Below, piece by piece: positions 18,184 through 28,237 of a stretch of DNA of 64,000 bases. The first letter of the stretch is position 1. Each line of letters opens with the position of its first letter. The position numbers and the translations under genes were made by a program. The notes beneath the pieces are model-generated. The model did no database searches, was not told the DNA's origin, and saw only the letters and a program-made list of their open reading frames with translations. Source of the stretch: Nostochopsis sp. (GTDB lineage: Bacteria; Cyanobacteriota; Cyanobacteriia; Cyanobacteriales; Nostocaceae); the NCBI GenBank assembly GCA_051172755.1, contig JBMNDX010000001.1, positions 863,566 to 927,565 on the forward strand, in the 5' to 3' direction.

Positions 18184-20136
18184 TCAATTTTTCAACAATC
18201 GTAAACCACTAAGGGTGACTAACACAGTAGATCCTTCGTGTCCTACTACACCGATGGGTAAGTTAATATCACCCAAGAAATTGCCAATTAACAGTAAAAT
18301 AATAAATCCTAAAGCAATAGTAATATTCTGTTTTACTATTGCTTGCGCTCTTTTTCCTAAGCGGATCGCTATTTCTATTTTCTCTAATCTATCTGCCATC
18401 AAGACAATATCCGCCGTTTCTAATGCTACATCACTTCCTGCTGTCCCCATGGCAATACCTACAGACGCCTGAGCTAGGGCTGGTGCATCATTAATACCAT
18501 CACCTACCATGGCGACTATTTTATACTCTTGCTGCAAACGGCGAATCACATGCAGTTTGTCTTCTGGTAGTAACTCTGCATACACTCGATCTATTCCCAA
18601 ATCCCGCGCCACACTCTCAGCAGTCTGTTGATTATCTCCAGTCAACATGACTATTTGCTCAACTCCCAATTTTTTCAGATGAGAAATAGTTGCTGCTGCT
18701 TGCGATCGCACTGTGTCAGCAATAGCTATAATACCTAGCACTTGATGTTGCGGTGCTGAGGTGAATTCTTTCTCCCCATCTCCAGATATTTTTTGTGCTA
18801 TCCAAACAACAGTTTTCCCCTGTAACTCAAACTTAGTAGCTATCTCAATTAAGTTTTTAGGTAAATCAACAACATAGTTTTGGACAAAATCATCTTTCCC
18901 GGCGATTATTTTCTGGTGATTTACAATACCGATAATTCCCTGTCCAGGGAAAGCTTGTACTTCTGTTGCGGCTATCCAATCTAAGTTTTTTGCTGCTTTG
19001 ACAATTGCTTCACCAAGGGGATGTTCGGAACGAGATTCTACAGATGCAGCAGCTTTTAATACATAATCTCTTGTATATTTACTAACGGAAATCACTTCAT
19101 ATACTTCTAAGACTCCTGTTGTGAGAGTACCGGTTTTGTCAAAAGCGATCGCTCGTACTTTCCCCATCATTTCTAATTGAGAGCCATTTTTAAACAAAAT
19201 TCCCTGTTTTGCACCATTAGCAATCCCAGACAGTAGTGTTGGCATAATTGCAGCCATTAATGCACAAGGAGAAGCCACCACCAAAAAAGTCAAAGCACGA
19301 TAAATCGATGTTTCCCAGTCCCAATTCCCAAGGAATGGTGGCAAAATCAACAGCAATACTCCAGCAATCACAATTACTCGTGCATATCCTCGTTCAAATC
19401 GTTCAATAAACTGTTGAGAAGGAGGTGTTTCTGTTTGTGCTTGCTGTACTAGACGAATCACCCGTTGAATCAAACTACTTTCCGGTGGTTGATGCAGCTT
19501 TAACTTCAGCGCCCCATAGCCATTTAGCGTACCTGCAAATACTTCGTCACCAACTGTTTTCTCAACAGGTAAAGACTCGCCTGTAATTGCAGCTTGATTG
19601 AGAGTACTGTAACCTTCCAGAATTACTGCATCTGTGGGAATTAACTCTCCTGGTTTGACGATGATTTCATCTCCTAATTGTAACTGCGCGATCGCAATTA
19701 ATTCTTCTTTATCTTGACGCACAACCCTGGCTGTATCTTGTGTTAAGCTCATCAAACCGTGGATACTGCGTTCAGTTCGCCGCATCGCATAACCTTCTAA
19801 GGCGCCACTAATAGCAAAGATGAGAATCAAAATAGCCCCATCGATAATTAAGTAATACTCTCTTCGCCATAAACCCAGCCCAGCTGCACCAAGCGCAGCC
19901 ACTATCATCAGCAAATCTACATCCAGTTCTTTTTCTTTGATGAGGGTTGTGAGTCCTTCACGGGCGCTTTCGTAGCCACCAATCACATAGGCGATGGGTA
20001 ACAGCAACAGCGCCCATCCCAAAAAGCCAAGATGGAGAGCGAACCATCCGCAAAATAAAAACAACCCACACACCAGAGCTGCTACAGTATCTGCGTGTTC
20101 TTTAGTAAGTTGATGCAACCGTTCTGGATAAAGCAT
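18184..20136 (-). CDS. P1B-type heavy-metal translocating P-type ATPase (P1B-4-like, SPC motif, no N-terminal metal-binding domain)
   Basis: DKTGTLT phosphorylation site, GDGINDAPAL hinge and SPC in TM6 (VVASPCALMAA). 650 aa, similar in size and architecture to CoaT-type cobalt exporters. Confidence 0.85.
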   Translation of the reverse strand: MLYPERLHQLTKEHADTVAALVCGLFLFCGWFALHLGFLGWALLLLPIAYVIGGYESAREGLTTLIKEKELDVDLLMIVAALGAAGLGLWRREYYLIIDGAILILIFAISGALEGYAMRRTERSIHGLMSLTQDTARVVRQDKEELIAIAQLQLGDEIIVKPGELIPTDAVILEGYSTLNQAAITGESLPVEKTVGDEVFAGTLNGYGALKLKLHQPPESSLIQRVIRLVQQAQTETPPSQQFIERFERGYARVIVIAGVLLLILPPFLGNWDWETSIYRALTFLVVASPCALMAAIMPTLLSGIANGAKQGILFKNGSQLEMMGKVRAIAFDKTGTLTTGVLEVYEVISVSKYTRDYVLKAAASVESRSEHPLGEAIVKAAKNLDWIAATEVQAFPGQGIIGIVNHQKIIAGKDDFVQNYVVDLPKNLIEIATKFELQGKTVVWIAQKISGDGEKEFTSAPQHQVLGIIAIADTVRSQAAATISHLKKLGVEQIVMLTGDNQQTAESVARDLGIDRVYAELLPEDKLHVIRRLQQEYKIVAMVGDGINDAPALAQASVGIAMGTAGSDVALETADIVLMADRLEKIEIAIRLGKRAQAIVKQNITIALGFIILLLIGNFLGDINLPIGVVGHEGSTVLVTLSGLRLLKN

Positions 20137-20228
20137 GAGAGTCGAATTAGTATTGACTCTCTTACGCTAAACCTTGACATTAATGTCAATGTCAAGGTTT
20201 AGTTATTGGTTGGTGGTTTATTTCCTCC

Positions 20229-20262
20229 AAACAACTAACAACTAACAACTAACAACTAACTA
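20229..20262. repeat. heptanucleotide tandem repeat (CAACTAA) x about 4.5
   Basis: Read directly. Confidence 0.8.
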
Positions 20263-20736
20263 TTCAGGAATCTCTTCGCGGGATTCAATCATGATTTGCA
20301 TGGTTTCAACTGCTAAATCGCGTAAATCATTGTTCAGAAAAACCACGCCATTAGAACCAAACCAGCGATCGAAGATAGTAACATTTCGTTTGTCGCCATC
20401 CACAAATCCTTGCATGAACTTGTAAATAGTATAGTTAACTGAGTCCAGAAATCTAGAATTATTCTCAGGAACCATACATGCAATACCTTCTCTAGAGTAA
20501 GGGCGATCTGGTACCACTTGAAAAGCGTCTGGGTTTTTCGTTTTTCCTAACCATCCTTCTAACAAAATGCTATCTGATGCAAAAGCATCGATTTTTCCCT
20601 GTTGCAAAGCAGCATATCCTGCTGCTCGATCTTTTAATAGGACTAGTTTAGCTTGGGGTTGGATTCGCTTGAGTGCTAATTCATTGGTAGTTTGGCTCAG
20701 TACACCAATATCTCAACGGCGAGGTAGCCCCTGTTT

Positions 20737-20940
20737 TCAAACATGGGGGTAAGCCGTTGGCGATTTCAATCGCCGTCCCCATTCTTCAATTAATTCACTC
20801 GCGCTCAAACCTTGCCTTTGCGCTTCATCTTTGATGTTCTGCCATGCTGTAGGTGTTAAAACGACAGTCCTTTTTGCTTTAACTTCATCATGAAGTATTG
20901 GCACATTTTTTAGTCTTTTTTGTCCCTTTTTATTTGTCAT
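20737..20940 (-). CDS. small basic protein (68 aa), possible RHH-like or antitoxin-like passenger inside the TnpB element
   Basis: ORF MTNKKGQKRL...ASELIEEWGRRL. The family assignment is tentative. Confidence 0.3.
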   Translation of the reverse strand: MTNKKGQKRLKNVPILHDEVKAKRTVVLTPTAWQNIKDEAQRQGLSASELIEEWGRRLKSPTAYPHV

Positions 20941-20999
20941 TTTTAGATACGCAGTGTATACTAGATATAGTCTAGCAAATAAAAGGAGGTGATTCAATC

Positions 21000-22388
21000 T
21001 TGGTAGCAAAAACATCTAGTTTCGTCACAGAAATACCGTTGATCACGGCATCTAAAGATTTGTCTGTTCTTGCTGCCAGATTGGAAGCAGGAAGGCAGCT
21101 ATATAATGCTGTATTGTCTGAAGGTAAAAACAGGTTGCAGTTGGTCAGAGATTGTGAACTTTACTCAGATGCCCGACTCATAGATAAAAACGATAAAAAA
21201 GCACGTAGCACAGCATTTCAAAAAGCTAGAGAGGCTTACCGTTTTAGCGACTATGATTTACAATCTTTTGCCAACAAAACAGCTATTGCAAGTATTTGGA
21301 TTAAGTCTCACCTTGATGCTAATACTATTCAGAAAATAGCAACTAGAGCTTTTAAGGCTTTAGAGAAAATGGCATTTGGCAAGGCTAAAAAAGTTAGGTT
21401 TAAACACAAAGGTCAGTTCTCGTCACTAGAAGGCAAGACCAATAAACAAGGCATCAGATGGACTGGTAACGATGTTGAATGGTCAAAGTTAAAACTACCT
21501 GGCATCATTGCCAACGACCCTGTAATCTTGCACGGTTTAAACTCAAAGATTAAATATGTGCGTTTAGTGCGTCGTATTCTTAATCAAAAAACCTATTGGT
21601 TTGCTCAATTAGTTTGTGAGGGTAAACCATATCAAAAGCCTAAAAATATTATCGGTGATGGTACTGTTGGTATTGATTTAGGCGTTTCAACTGTTGCAAT
21701 TGTTGGGGATGAAGAGACTATCTGGACTACTTTTGCTGTCGAATTAACATCAAAGCAGAAGAAGATTAGAAAGTTACAGCGTCAAATGGACAGGCAACGC
21801 CGTGCCAATAATCCTGACAATTTTAACCCCAATGGCACAGTTAAATCATGTTGCAAACGCTGGAATAAATCCAATCGTTACAAAAAGACTACTGCTAAGA
21901 AACGCGAGATTGAACGCAAACAAGCCGCACATCGGAAATCGTCTCATGGTAAATTGGTCAACCAAACATTAAAGCTTGGCAAGAATATTAAAACCGAAAA
22001 AGTCTCGGTTAAAGCTTGGCAGAAAATGTTTGGTAAAAGTATTGGGTTTAAATCACCATCAAGCTTCCAATCCGAACTGAAGCGCAAAGCTGAAAATGCT
22101 GGCGGTACAGTTCTAACGTTTTCGACTCGTAAGACCGCGCTATCACAAACCTGTTTGTGCGGCAACAAGCAGAAGAAATCATTATCGCAACGTGTTCATC
22201 ATTGCTCAGTCTGTGGGTTAAAGATGCAACGTGATATTTTATCTGCTTACCTGAGTCGTTACGTTGACCCCAAAACAGAAACTTTGTCAATCCAATCAGC
22301 CAGAGATGGTTGGTTAAGGATGGAACAATCCTTGTTGCACGGTTGGCAAAGAAAGAAGGTCAAATCAATCAGCGAGAACCGAGGCTAG
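21000..22388 (+). CDS. tnpB: TnpB (IS200/IS605 OrfB-type RNA-guided nuclease family), TTG start
   Basis: 462 aa. C-terminal zinc finger CLCGNKQ...CSVCGLKMQRD. SD AAGGAGG upstream. Confidence 0.8.
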   Translation: MVAKTSSFVTEIPLITASKDLSVLAARLEAGRQLYNAVLSEGKNRLQLVRDCELYSDARLIDKNDKKARSTAFQKAREAYRFSDYDLQSFANKTAIASIWIKSHLDANTIQKIATRAFKALEKMAFGKAKKVRFKHKGQFSSLEGKTNKQGIRWTGNDVEWSKLKLPGIIANDPVILHGLNSKIKYVRLVRRILNQKTYWFAQLVCEGKPYQKPKNIIGDGTVGIDLGVSTVAIVGDEETIWTTFAVELTSKQKKIRKLQRQMDRQRRANNPDNFNPNGTVKSCCKRWNKSNRYKKTTAKKREIERKQAAHRKSSHGKLVNQTLKLGKNIKTEKVSVKAWQKMFGKSIGFKSPSSFQSELKRKAENAGGTVLTFSTRKTALSQTCLCGNKQKKSLSQRVHHCSVCGLKMQRDILSAYLSRYVDPKTETLSIQSARDGWLRMEQSLLHGWQRKKVKSISENRG

Positions 22389-23568
22389 TCCAAAGTTACC
22401 TACTAACAGTGGGTCAGAGTTGATGTGCAATCATCCAATAGCTTGTAAGGAGTCGGAACCTGTAAGGGTAAACGAAACTTGCACAGCAAGTTGGAACCCC
22501 ACGGATAAATCCGGGGGGGGTGAGTTCAGCAACACGCTTACCGATTAAAGACTGAGGAGAACCTAAATTGCTTCCTTGTTTTACTAACAACTGAGTACCG
22601 GTAGCACCATAACTCAGTGAAAAATCTACTTTTTTATCTCGTTCCCAGGTAAAACTGCTAGCATCACAAACAATATCCACTTGTCCATTTAGAATTTTCG
22701 GAATCCGTTCTCCTGGTGTCACTGTTAAGTACTCACGCAAAATTAATTACACATTTTAAAAACCCAGAATGACCAGATGACAAGCATTTCAGGCGATGCG
22801 AGTATGAAATTAATTTTGCACAGGTACTTATCAATTGCAATCGAAATTTTTTTCCCAGTTCCTTTTCTAATTGTTCTTTAATCAGATTCAACATATCTAC
22901 GGAATAACCAACCAATTGTCCCTGATTATTGGTATAGGCAAAGGGAATTGCATCTTTGCTAGTACCTGCTGCTAGTACTCCCGTACGTGCTACTTTTTCC
23001 ATCACTGTTTCAGCTTTAGCAACCGCAGGTATGAATGTTGTTAACAACAGACTCAAGGTAGTTATCGTCGCCAGGTTTTTAAACATCTTCAATCTTGTAA
23101 ATATTGCTTTTTGTCGGCATATTTTACAAGGATGTTCCAAAGTAGTAAAGTCAATTTATTTTCTCACTTGGCTTTATCAACGTAGTTTTTACTGATTGAA
23201 TTTCTACTTATATATAATTTTTATAAATTACGTTTTGTAACACTGAACTTAATAATCAATCATCATAATTTAACTTGAGATGGATATACAATTTTAAGAA
23301 ATATATGTTACTCTATTCTCTTAAGTAGAGTAAGTCAGCCTAATCTAGCGAATTCACAACGCTAACGCTGGAGCGGAGGAACCATATCTTGGGGCGTATC
23401 TTGAATTAGAAGGACATCTCTCAGTCCTAGCCCGTCAGCTAACTTCGTAGGCATTGAGAGGAGACTGAAGAGGCAACATTTTTTTAATGTTTAAACCTCA
23501 TCAGCTTCCTTGGCTGGTACTGCTCAGGTTTTTTGTACCTGCACTTGACTCTGTTGAGGTTGCATCGA

Positions 23569-24420
23569 ATGATATTTCAATTGAATTTGGCTGCAATATT
23601 TGCAGTTGCTGGACAAACTGCTTGGAAAAAGGCAAAACCTTTTGTTTTCAAAGATGTAATCTTGTATCCTGCTTTGGGATTCTTGGGGATCATCCTGTTG
23701 TGGTGGGTGATTGCGCTGGCGAACCACGAATTGATGCCTACTCCCCCAGAAGCACTAGTTGCCAATTTAGACAACATACTCCACCCTTTCTACCAACGCG
23801 GGCCGGGGAACTTGGGAATTGGTTGGTTGTTATTGGCAAGTATCAGACGGGTATTGTTGGGTTTTTTGTTGGGTGCTGTGGTGGCAATTCCTGTAGGCTT
23901 TCTGATTGGCATGTCGAGAGCGGCAATGCTAGCAATAAATCCCATAATTCAGATTTTTAAACCCGTATCCCCCCTAGCTTGGCTACCTATTGCCTTAGCC
24001 ATATTTAATTTGGCGGACCCTTCAGCTATTTTTGTGATTTTTATTACCTCTTTGTGGCCGACAATTATTAACACTGCTCTGGGAGTTTCTAGCGTTTCTA
24101 AAGATTATTTAAATGTGGCACAAGTCCTAGAAATGCCCCGTTGGCGACAGATTACTAAGATTATTTTGCCTGCAAGTTTACCATACATTTTTACAGGTTT
24201 GCGGATTAGTTTAGGAATTGCTTGGTTAGTAATTGTTGCGGTGGAAATGTTAACAGGTGGTATTGGTATCGGCTTTTTTGTTTGGGATGAATGGAGCCGT
24301 TTAAATCTGAGTTCTGTGTTTCTCGCTGTATTGGTAATTGGCTTAACTGGGTTAATTCTTGATTATGCTGTAGCCAAATTTCAAGAATTCGTAACTCATG
24401 GTCCGAAAGTTGTAAATTAG
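23569..24420 (+). CDS. NitT/TauT-family ABC permease (NrtB/CmpB-like)
   Basis: Multi-TM protein with a conserved EAA-like loop. The ORF track starts at 23533, but ATG 23569 (MIFQLN) is a plausible start. Confidence 0.8.
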   Translation: MIFQLNLAAIFAVAGQTAWKKAKPFVFKDVILYPALGFLGIILLWWVIALANHELMPTPPEALVANLDNILHPFYQRGPGNLGIGWLLLASIRRVLLGFLLGAVVAIPVGFLIGMSRAAMLAINPIIQIFKPVSPLAWLPIALAIFNLADPSAIFVIFITSLWPTIINTALGVSSVSKDYLNVAQVLEMPRWRQITKIILPASLPYIFTGLRISLGIAWLVIVAVEMLTGGIGIGFFVWDEWSRLNLSSVFLAVLVIGLTGLILDYAVAKFQEFVTHGPKVVN

Positions 24421-24569
24421 CAAAATAAAACTTGGCTCAGATCACAGTTGCCACATTAATAAAAACGCCTAATGTTTGACGTCAAATTTTGTGCTAAAAA
24501 CGCACCCTAAAACTAATATTTAGGTTTGAGGTTGGCTAAGAATAATTAATAACCAGTGGAGCTAAGACT

Positions 24570-26021
24570 ATGAGTAACGCCGACCAAAATTATTGGTATC
24601 GACGAGACTTTATTAAAGGAATAGGAGCAACAGCAGCAGGAATGGTGCTGTCTTCTTGTGCAATCTCAGGCGATCGCTCTGCTAAAGGACTGACGGAAGA
24701 AGCTGCTGCTATTAAACCTGTAGTCAATCCTGGAACTTTAGAAAAACCAGATATTAGTGTTGGCTACGTTCCTGTTAACGATTGTGCGCCTTTTGCGATC
24801 GCTTGGAAAAAAGGTTTTTTCCGCAAATATGGGTTGAATGTCACACTCAACCGGGAAGCAAGCTGGGCTACATCGCGCGATGGGTTAATTTTTGGTCGCC
24901 TTGATGCTTCGCCTGTAGTATCTGGTGCTGTTACCAACGCCAGAATTGGTGCGGAAGGCGCGCGTCACGCTCCTTTGTGTGCAGCGATGACTATTCACCA
25001 CCACGGTAACGCCATGACCATGAACAAAGCCATGTGGGATTTTGGGCTGCGTCCTTGGTATGAATACAAACAACAATATGGCGATCGCGCTTTGGAAGCC
25101 TTTGGTCGTGATTTTAGAAACTACTTTGATAAGCAGCCACCAGAACGCAAAGTCTGGGCAGTGGTACTGAGTTCTGCTATTTACGAATACTTTATCCGCT
25201 ACGTATCTGCTGCTGCTGGTGTCGATCCTTTCAAAGAATTTCGTGTCATCATTGTTCCTCCACCACAGATGGTGACTAACGTACGGATTGGTGCAATGCA
25301 AGCCTACATGGTTGCAGAACCCTGGAATACACGGGCAATTACTGGTAATGAAGGTGTCGGCTTTACCTTCGCTCAAGGTAAAGAAGTCTGGTTAGGACAC
25401 CCAGACCGATTGTTGGGGGTAATGCAATCTTTTATTGACAACTACCCAAAAACCTATCGTTCTCTCGTGAAAGCGATGATTGAAGCTTGTCAATATTGCA
25501 GCAAACCTGAAAATCACAAAGAAGTTGCGGAATTACTCACAGAACGCTCATTTACGGGTGCTAAACCCAAAAAACCGGGTGTGCCAATCACCAAGTTTAC
25601 AGGCCCCGCAATTCTCGGTAACTACAACTATGGTGGTTTTGATGGCAAAGATCGTACAATCAAAGCTGCTGACAACACTATTTTCTTTGACATTCCTGAT
25701 AATATTCCCAAACAAGCAGATGAAAACTCTACATTCATGTGGAGGTCTAGAAGTATTTGGTTGATGACACAAGCCACTCGTTGGGGACAAATTCATGAAT
25801 TTCCCAAAAATGCAGATAAATTAGCTGCAAAAGGCTGGAGAACAGACCTTTATCGAGATATTGCCGCAGAAATGGGTCTTGCGTCCCCAAAGGATGATTA
25901 CAAAGTCGAATTACCAGAAGTATTTATTGACAATAAGGGTTTTGATCCCAGTGATCCTGTAGGGTATCTCAACAGTTTTGAAATTAGAGCCAATGCTCCT
26001 ACTCGTTTTTATATGTCCTGA
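24570..26021 (+). CDS. NrtA/CmpA-like substrate-binding protein with a Tat-type signal (RRDFIKGIGATAAG)
   Basis: 483 aa. The Tat motif and lipoprotein-like Cys (LSSC) are typical of cyanobacterial nitrate/bicarbonate/cyanate SBPs. Confidence 0.75.
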   Translation: MSNADQNYWYRRDFIKGIGATAAGMVLSSCAISGDRSAKGLTEEAAAIKPVVNPGTLEKPDISVGYVPVNDCAPFAIAWKKGFFRKYGLNVTLNREASWATSRDGLIFGRLDASPVVSGAVTNARIGAEGARHAPLCAAMTIHHHGNAMTMNKAMWDFGLRPWYEYKQQYGDRALEAFGRDFRNYFDKQPPERKVWAVVLSSAIYEYFIRYVSAAAGVDPFKEFRVIIVPPPQMVTNVRIGAMQAYMVAEPWNTRAITGNEGVGFTFAQGKEVWLGHPDRLLGVMQSFIDNYPKTYRSLVKAMIEACQYCSKPENHKEVAELLTERSFTGAKPKKPGVPITKFTGPAILGNYNYGGFDGKDRTIKAADNTIFFDIPDNIPKQADENSTFMWRSRSIWLMTQATRWGQIHEFPKNADKLAAKGWRTDLYRDIAAEMGLASPKDDYKVELPEVFIDNKGFDPSDPVGYLNSFEIRANAPTRFYMS

Positions 26022-26151
26022 TTGACTGCTAAAAAATAATGTGCATGTAGTCTTAATCACTACAGAGTAGAATTTCCCAGAGCAATTTGAGTATTTGCTA
26101 ATACAAAATCTGAACATTATTTTTTGAAAGTGCCAAATATTATCCTAATTT

Positions 26152-27000
26152 TTGGAGCTTACTATGACTAAATCTACTTCATTTTCTATGATAGATAAAG
26201 AAAGATTTCATAATCCCCCTTTTTTGGAAATAGAAAATCTAGTCAAATCTTATCCAACCAACGGTAGTAATGAGTTTGTCGTCTTAGATCATGTTAATCT
26301 CACAGTAGGCGAAGATGAATATATTTCTGTAGTTGGTCATTCTGGCTGTGGTAAATCAACACTGTTAAAAATTGTTGCTGGTTTGGAAAAAGCAACTGCT
26401 GGTTCTGTAAGACTTGATGGCAAAGAAATTCGTAAACCTGGTGCAGAACGCATGATGGTGTTCCAACATTATTCATTGCTACCTTGGTTAACAGTAAAAG
26501 AAAATATCCGCTTGGCTGTGGATGAAGTACTAAAAGATGCTAATCGTGCAGAAAAGATAAGCATTGTTAACGAACATTTAGCAATGGTAAATTTGACTGC
26601 GGCAGCAGATAAATATCCGGATGAAATTTCTGGAGGAATGAAACAAAGGGTTGGGATTGCGAGGGCTTTAGCAATTCGACCAAAAATGTTATTAATGGAT
26701 GAACCTTTCGGTGCTTTAGATGCTTTAACTCGCGGCAAATTACAGCGCCAAGTTTTAGATATTTGGGAAAATCATCGCCAAGCCGTGATGATGATTACTC
26801 ACGATGTTGATGAGGCTATTTATATGTCCGATCGCATTGTTTTAATGACAAATGGCCCATCTGCTAAAATTGGAGAGATTCTAGAAGTCCCTTTTCCACA
26901 TCCACGCGATCGCGCCGAGATGCGAAACTCAAAAGAATACTACGAACTCCGCAATTATGCACTAAATTTCCTTGAGCGGAATTTTGCTACTGATGAATAG
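26152..27000 (+). CDS. NitT/TauT-family ABC ATP-binding protein (NrtD/CmpD-like)
   Basis: Walker A GHSGCGKST, signature ISGGMKQRV and Walker B LLMDEPFGALD. Confidence 0.85.
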   Translation: MELTMTKSTSFSMIDKERFHNPPFLEIENLVKSYPTNGSNEFVVLDHVNLTVGEDEYISVVGHSGCGKSTLLKIVAGLEKATAGSVRLDGKEIRKPGAERMMVFQHYSLLPWLTVKENIRLAVDEVLKDANRAEKISIVNEHLAMVNLTAAADKYPDEISGGMKQRVGIARALAIRPKMLLMDEPFGALDALTRGKLQRQVLDIWENHRQAVMMITHDVDEAIYMSDRIVLMTNGPSAKIGEILEVPFPHPRDRAEMRNSKEYYELRNYALNFLERNFATDE

Positions 27001-27121
27001 TTATTTGTTAGTAGATAGTAGATAGTAATTTCTTGTTTGTTGTTTGGAATGAGTAATTTTTCCCAATCAACCAGCAACTATCAACCAGCAACTATTAAGA
27101 TCCAATTTTGATTGCAAAGAA

Positions 27122-27775
27122 GTGAATGCTGTGAATATCAAACCTATGTTAGTGCGTTTACAAGACGCGATCAATAGAGATGACTTAATTGAGCAAATGT
27201 TATTGCACTGTAACCCAATAACATCTTTCTCAGAACAGGCTGAATCCACAAAATCAATCAATTTTATAGTTGGCTACAATAGTTCTCCTAACAGCCACAC
27301 TGCGTTAGATATTAGCTTGTTGATTGCTCATCAAACACGTTTAGCCACCAAATTAGATGTTCTAGTTCAAGTTGTTTACGTGTTAGAAGAAAACCAAAAA
27401 AATGATGTCTTTGATGTTTTATCAGCACAGGAATTTCAAACAAGTGAATCCTTTTATCAGTTTCCAACATATTGCCCAATCAGTTTACCATCAACAAATG
27501 TTCAAACCCCTGTATTAACTAGAACAAACAAATTTGCACAAGCAGAAAGAATATTATGGCAAGCACGTTGTCTTGCTGAAGAATGGCAGAGTTATTTTAA
27601 AGCTCATTTGCGGTTTGGCTGCGTAGCTGATGAGCTAAAGAAAGTAGTTGAATCAGAAGCTGCAACTATACTATTTTTAGGCTGTAAATCAGCAAAACAT
27701 CCAATTGTGCAAAAACTTGGTTCTAATTTCCTTTGTCCGGTACTGGGTATACCCACTTGTATTGATGAAGAATGA
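27122..27775 (+). CDS. hypothetical protein, possibly USP-like (Rossmann-like N-terminal segment)
   Basis: IVGYNSSPNSHTALDISLLIAHQ resembles the UspA N-terminus, but the similarity is weak. Confidence 0.3.
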   Translation: MNAVNIKPMLVRLQDAINRDDLIEQMLLHCNPITSFSEQAESTKSINFIVGYNSSPNSHTALDISLLIAHQTRLATKLDVLVQVVYVLEENQKNDVFDVLSAQEFQTSESFYQFPTYCPISLPSTNVQTPVLTRTNKFAQAERILWQARCLAEEWQSYFKAHLRFGCVADELKKVVESEAATILFLGCKSAKHPIVQKLGSNFLCPVLGIPTCIDEE

Positions 27776-27959
27776 AAATTAGGGCTTGTAATGAGTGTTA
27801 ATTAATCATAACATACTACGCCTCTGATGCACTCGCTACAAGCTTATAAAAGGATTTAAAATTACTAAAAACTCATATTTTTATTTTTCAATTTGCAACA
27901 AAAATTAATTATATCTTAATTATATATTTATAGAAACCATGAATCAATACGCTTGATGT

Positions 27960-28050
27960 TAGACCCGTAATCTTTTGTAGAGACGCGCCTTAGCGAAGCC
28001 ATGCGCGTCTCTACAGATGAATTTTTTGTACCAAAATCCTTAACACCAAG
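27960..28050. repeat. MITE-like palindromic element, inverted copy of 245-360
   Basis: TAGAGACGCGCCTTAGCGAAGCCATGCGCGTCTCTA plus the flanking TTTTTTGTACCAAAATCCTTAAC read directly. Confidence 0.7.
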
Positions 28051-28237
28051 CCTATTATCCTATATACTAGGTAGCTTTTTTAGTTTAATATGCAAAATAT
28101 TAGATCAGTAAGTAGTAAAAATAAAAAACTACCAGGGTTCAACTTCACATTATAAATTAAAACACCAAGTAAAATAAACAACTGATAACTGAAAATTAGC
28201 TGAATTTGTGCCGACATACTGAATCCAGGAGTAATCT

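Larger units (their letters stand above)
20705..22410 (+). mobile_element. IS200/IS605-family TnpB-only element (boundaries approximate)
   Basis: Interrupts the SBP gene. Subterminal hairpin CTAGATATAGTCTAG near the left end. Contains tnpB plus a small divergent ORF. Confidence 0.5.
20260..23140 (-). pseudogene. family-3 amino-acid ABC substrate-binding protein gene, disrupted by a TnpB-element insertion (about 20705-22410) plus a frameshift near 22735
   Basis: Three collinear minus-strand fragments: 22733-23140 (signal peptide plus N-domain), 22414-22740, and 20260-about 20700 (C-domain, in-frame stop at about 20703). They add up to about 360 aa, i.e. one SBP. Confidence 0.6.

Noticed and set aside
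23141-23532. NtcA (GTA-N8-TAC) site in the divergent promoter between the SBP pseudogene and the nrtB-like permease
   Set aside because: I scanned the region by eye and found GTA-N8 candidates, but none completes with TAC at the correct spacing. No claim is made.
27001-27110. Heptamer or 14-mer repeats (TAGTAGA x2; CAACCAGCAACTAT x2) as a regulatory element for the USP-like gene
   Set aside because: They match the general Nostocales habit of short tandem repeats at gene ends. There is no specific evidence of function.
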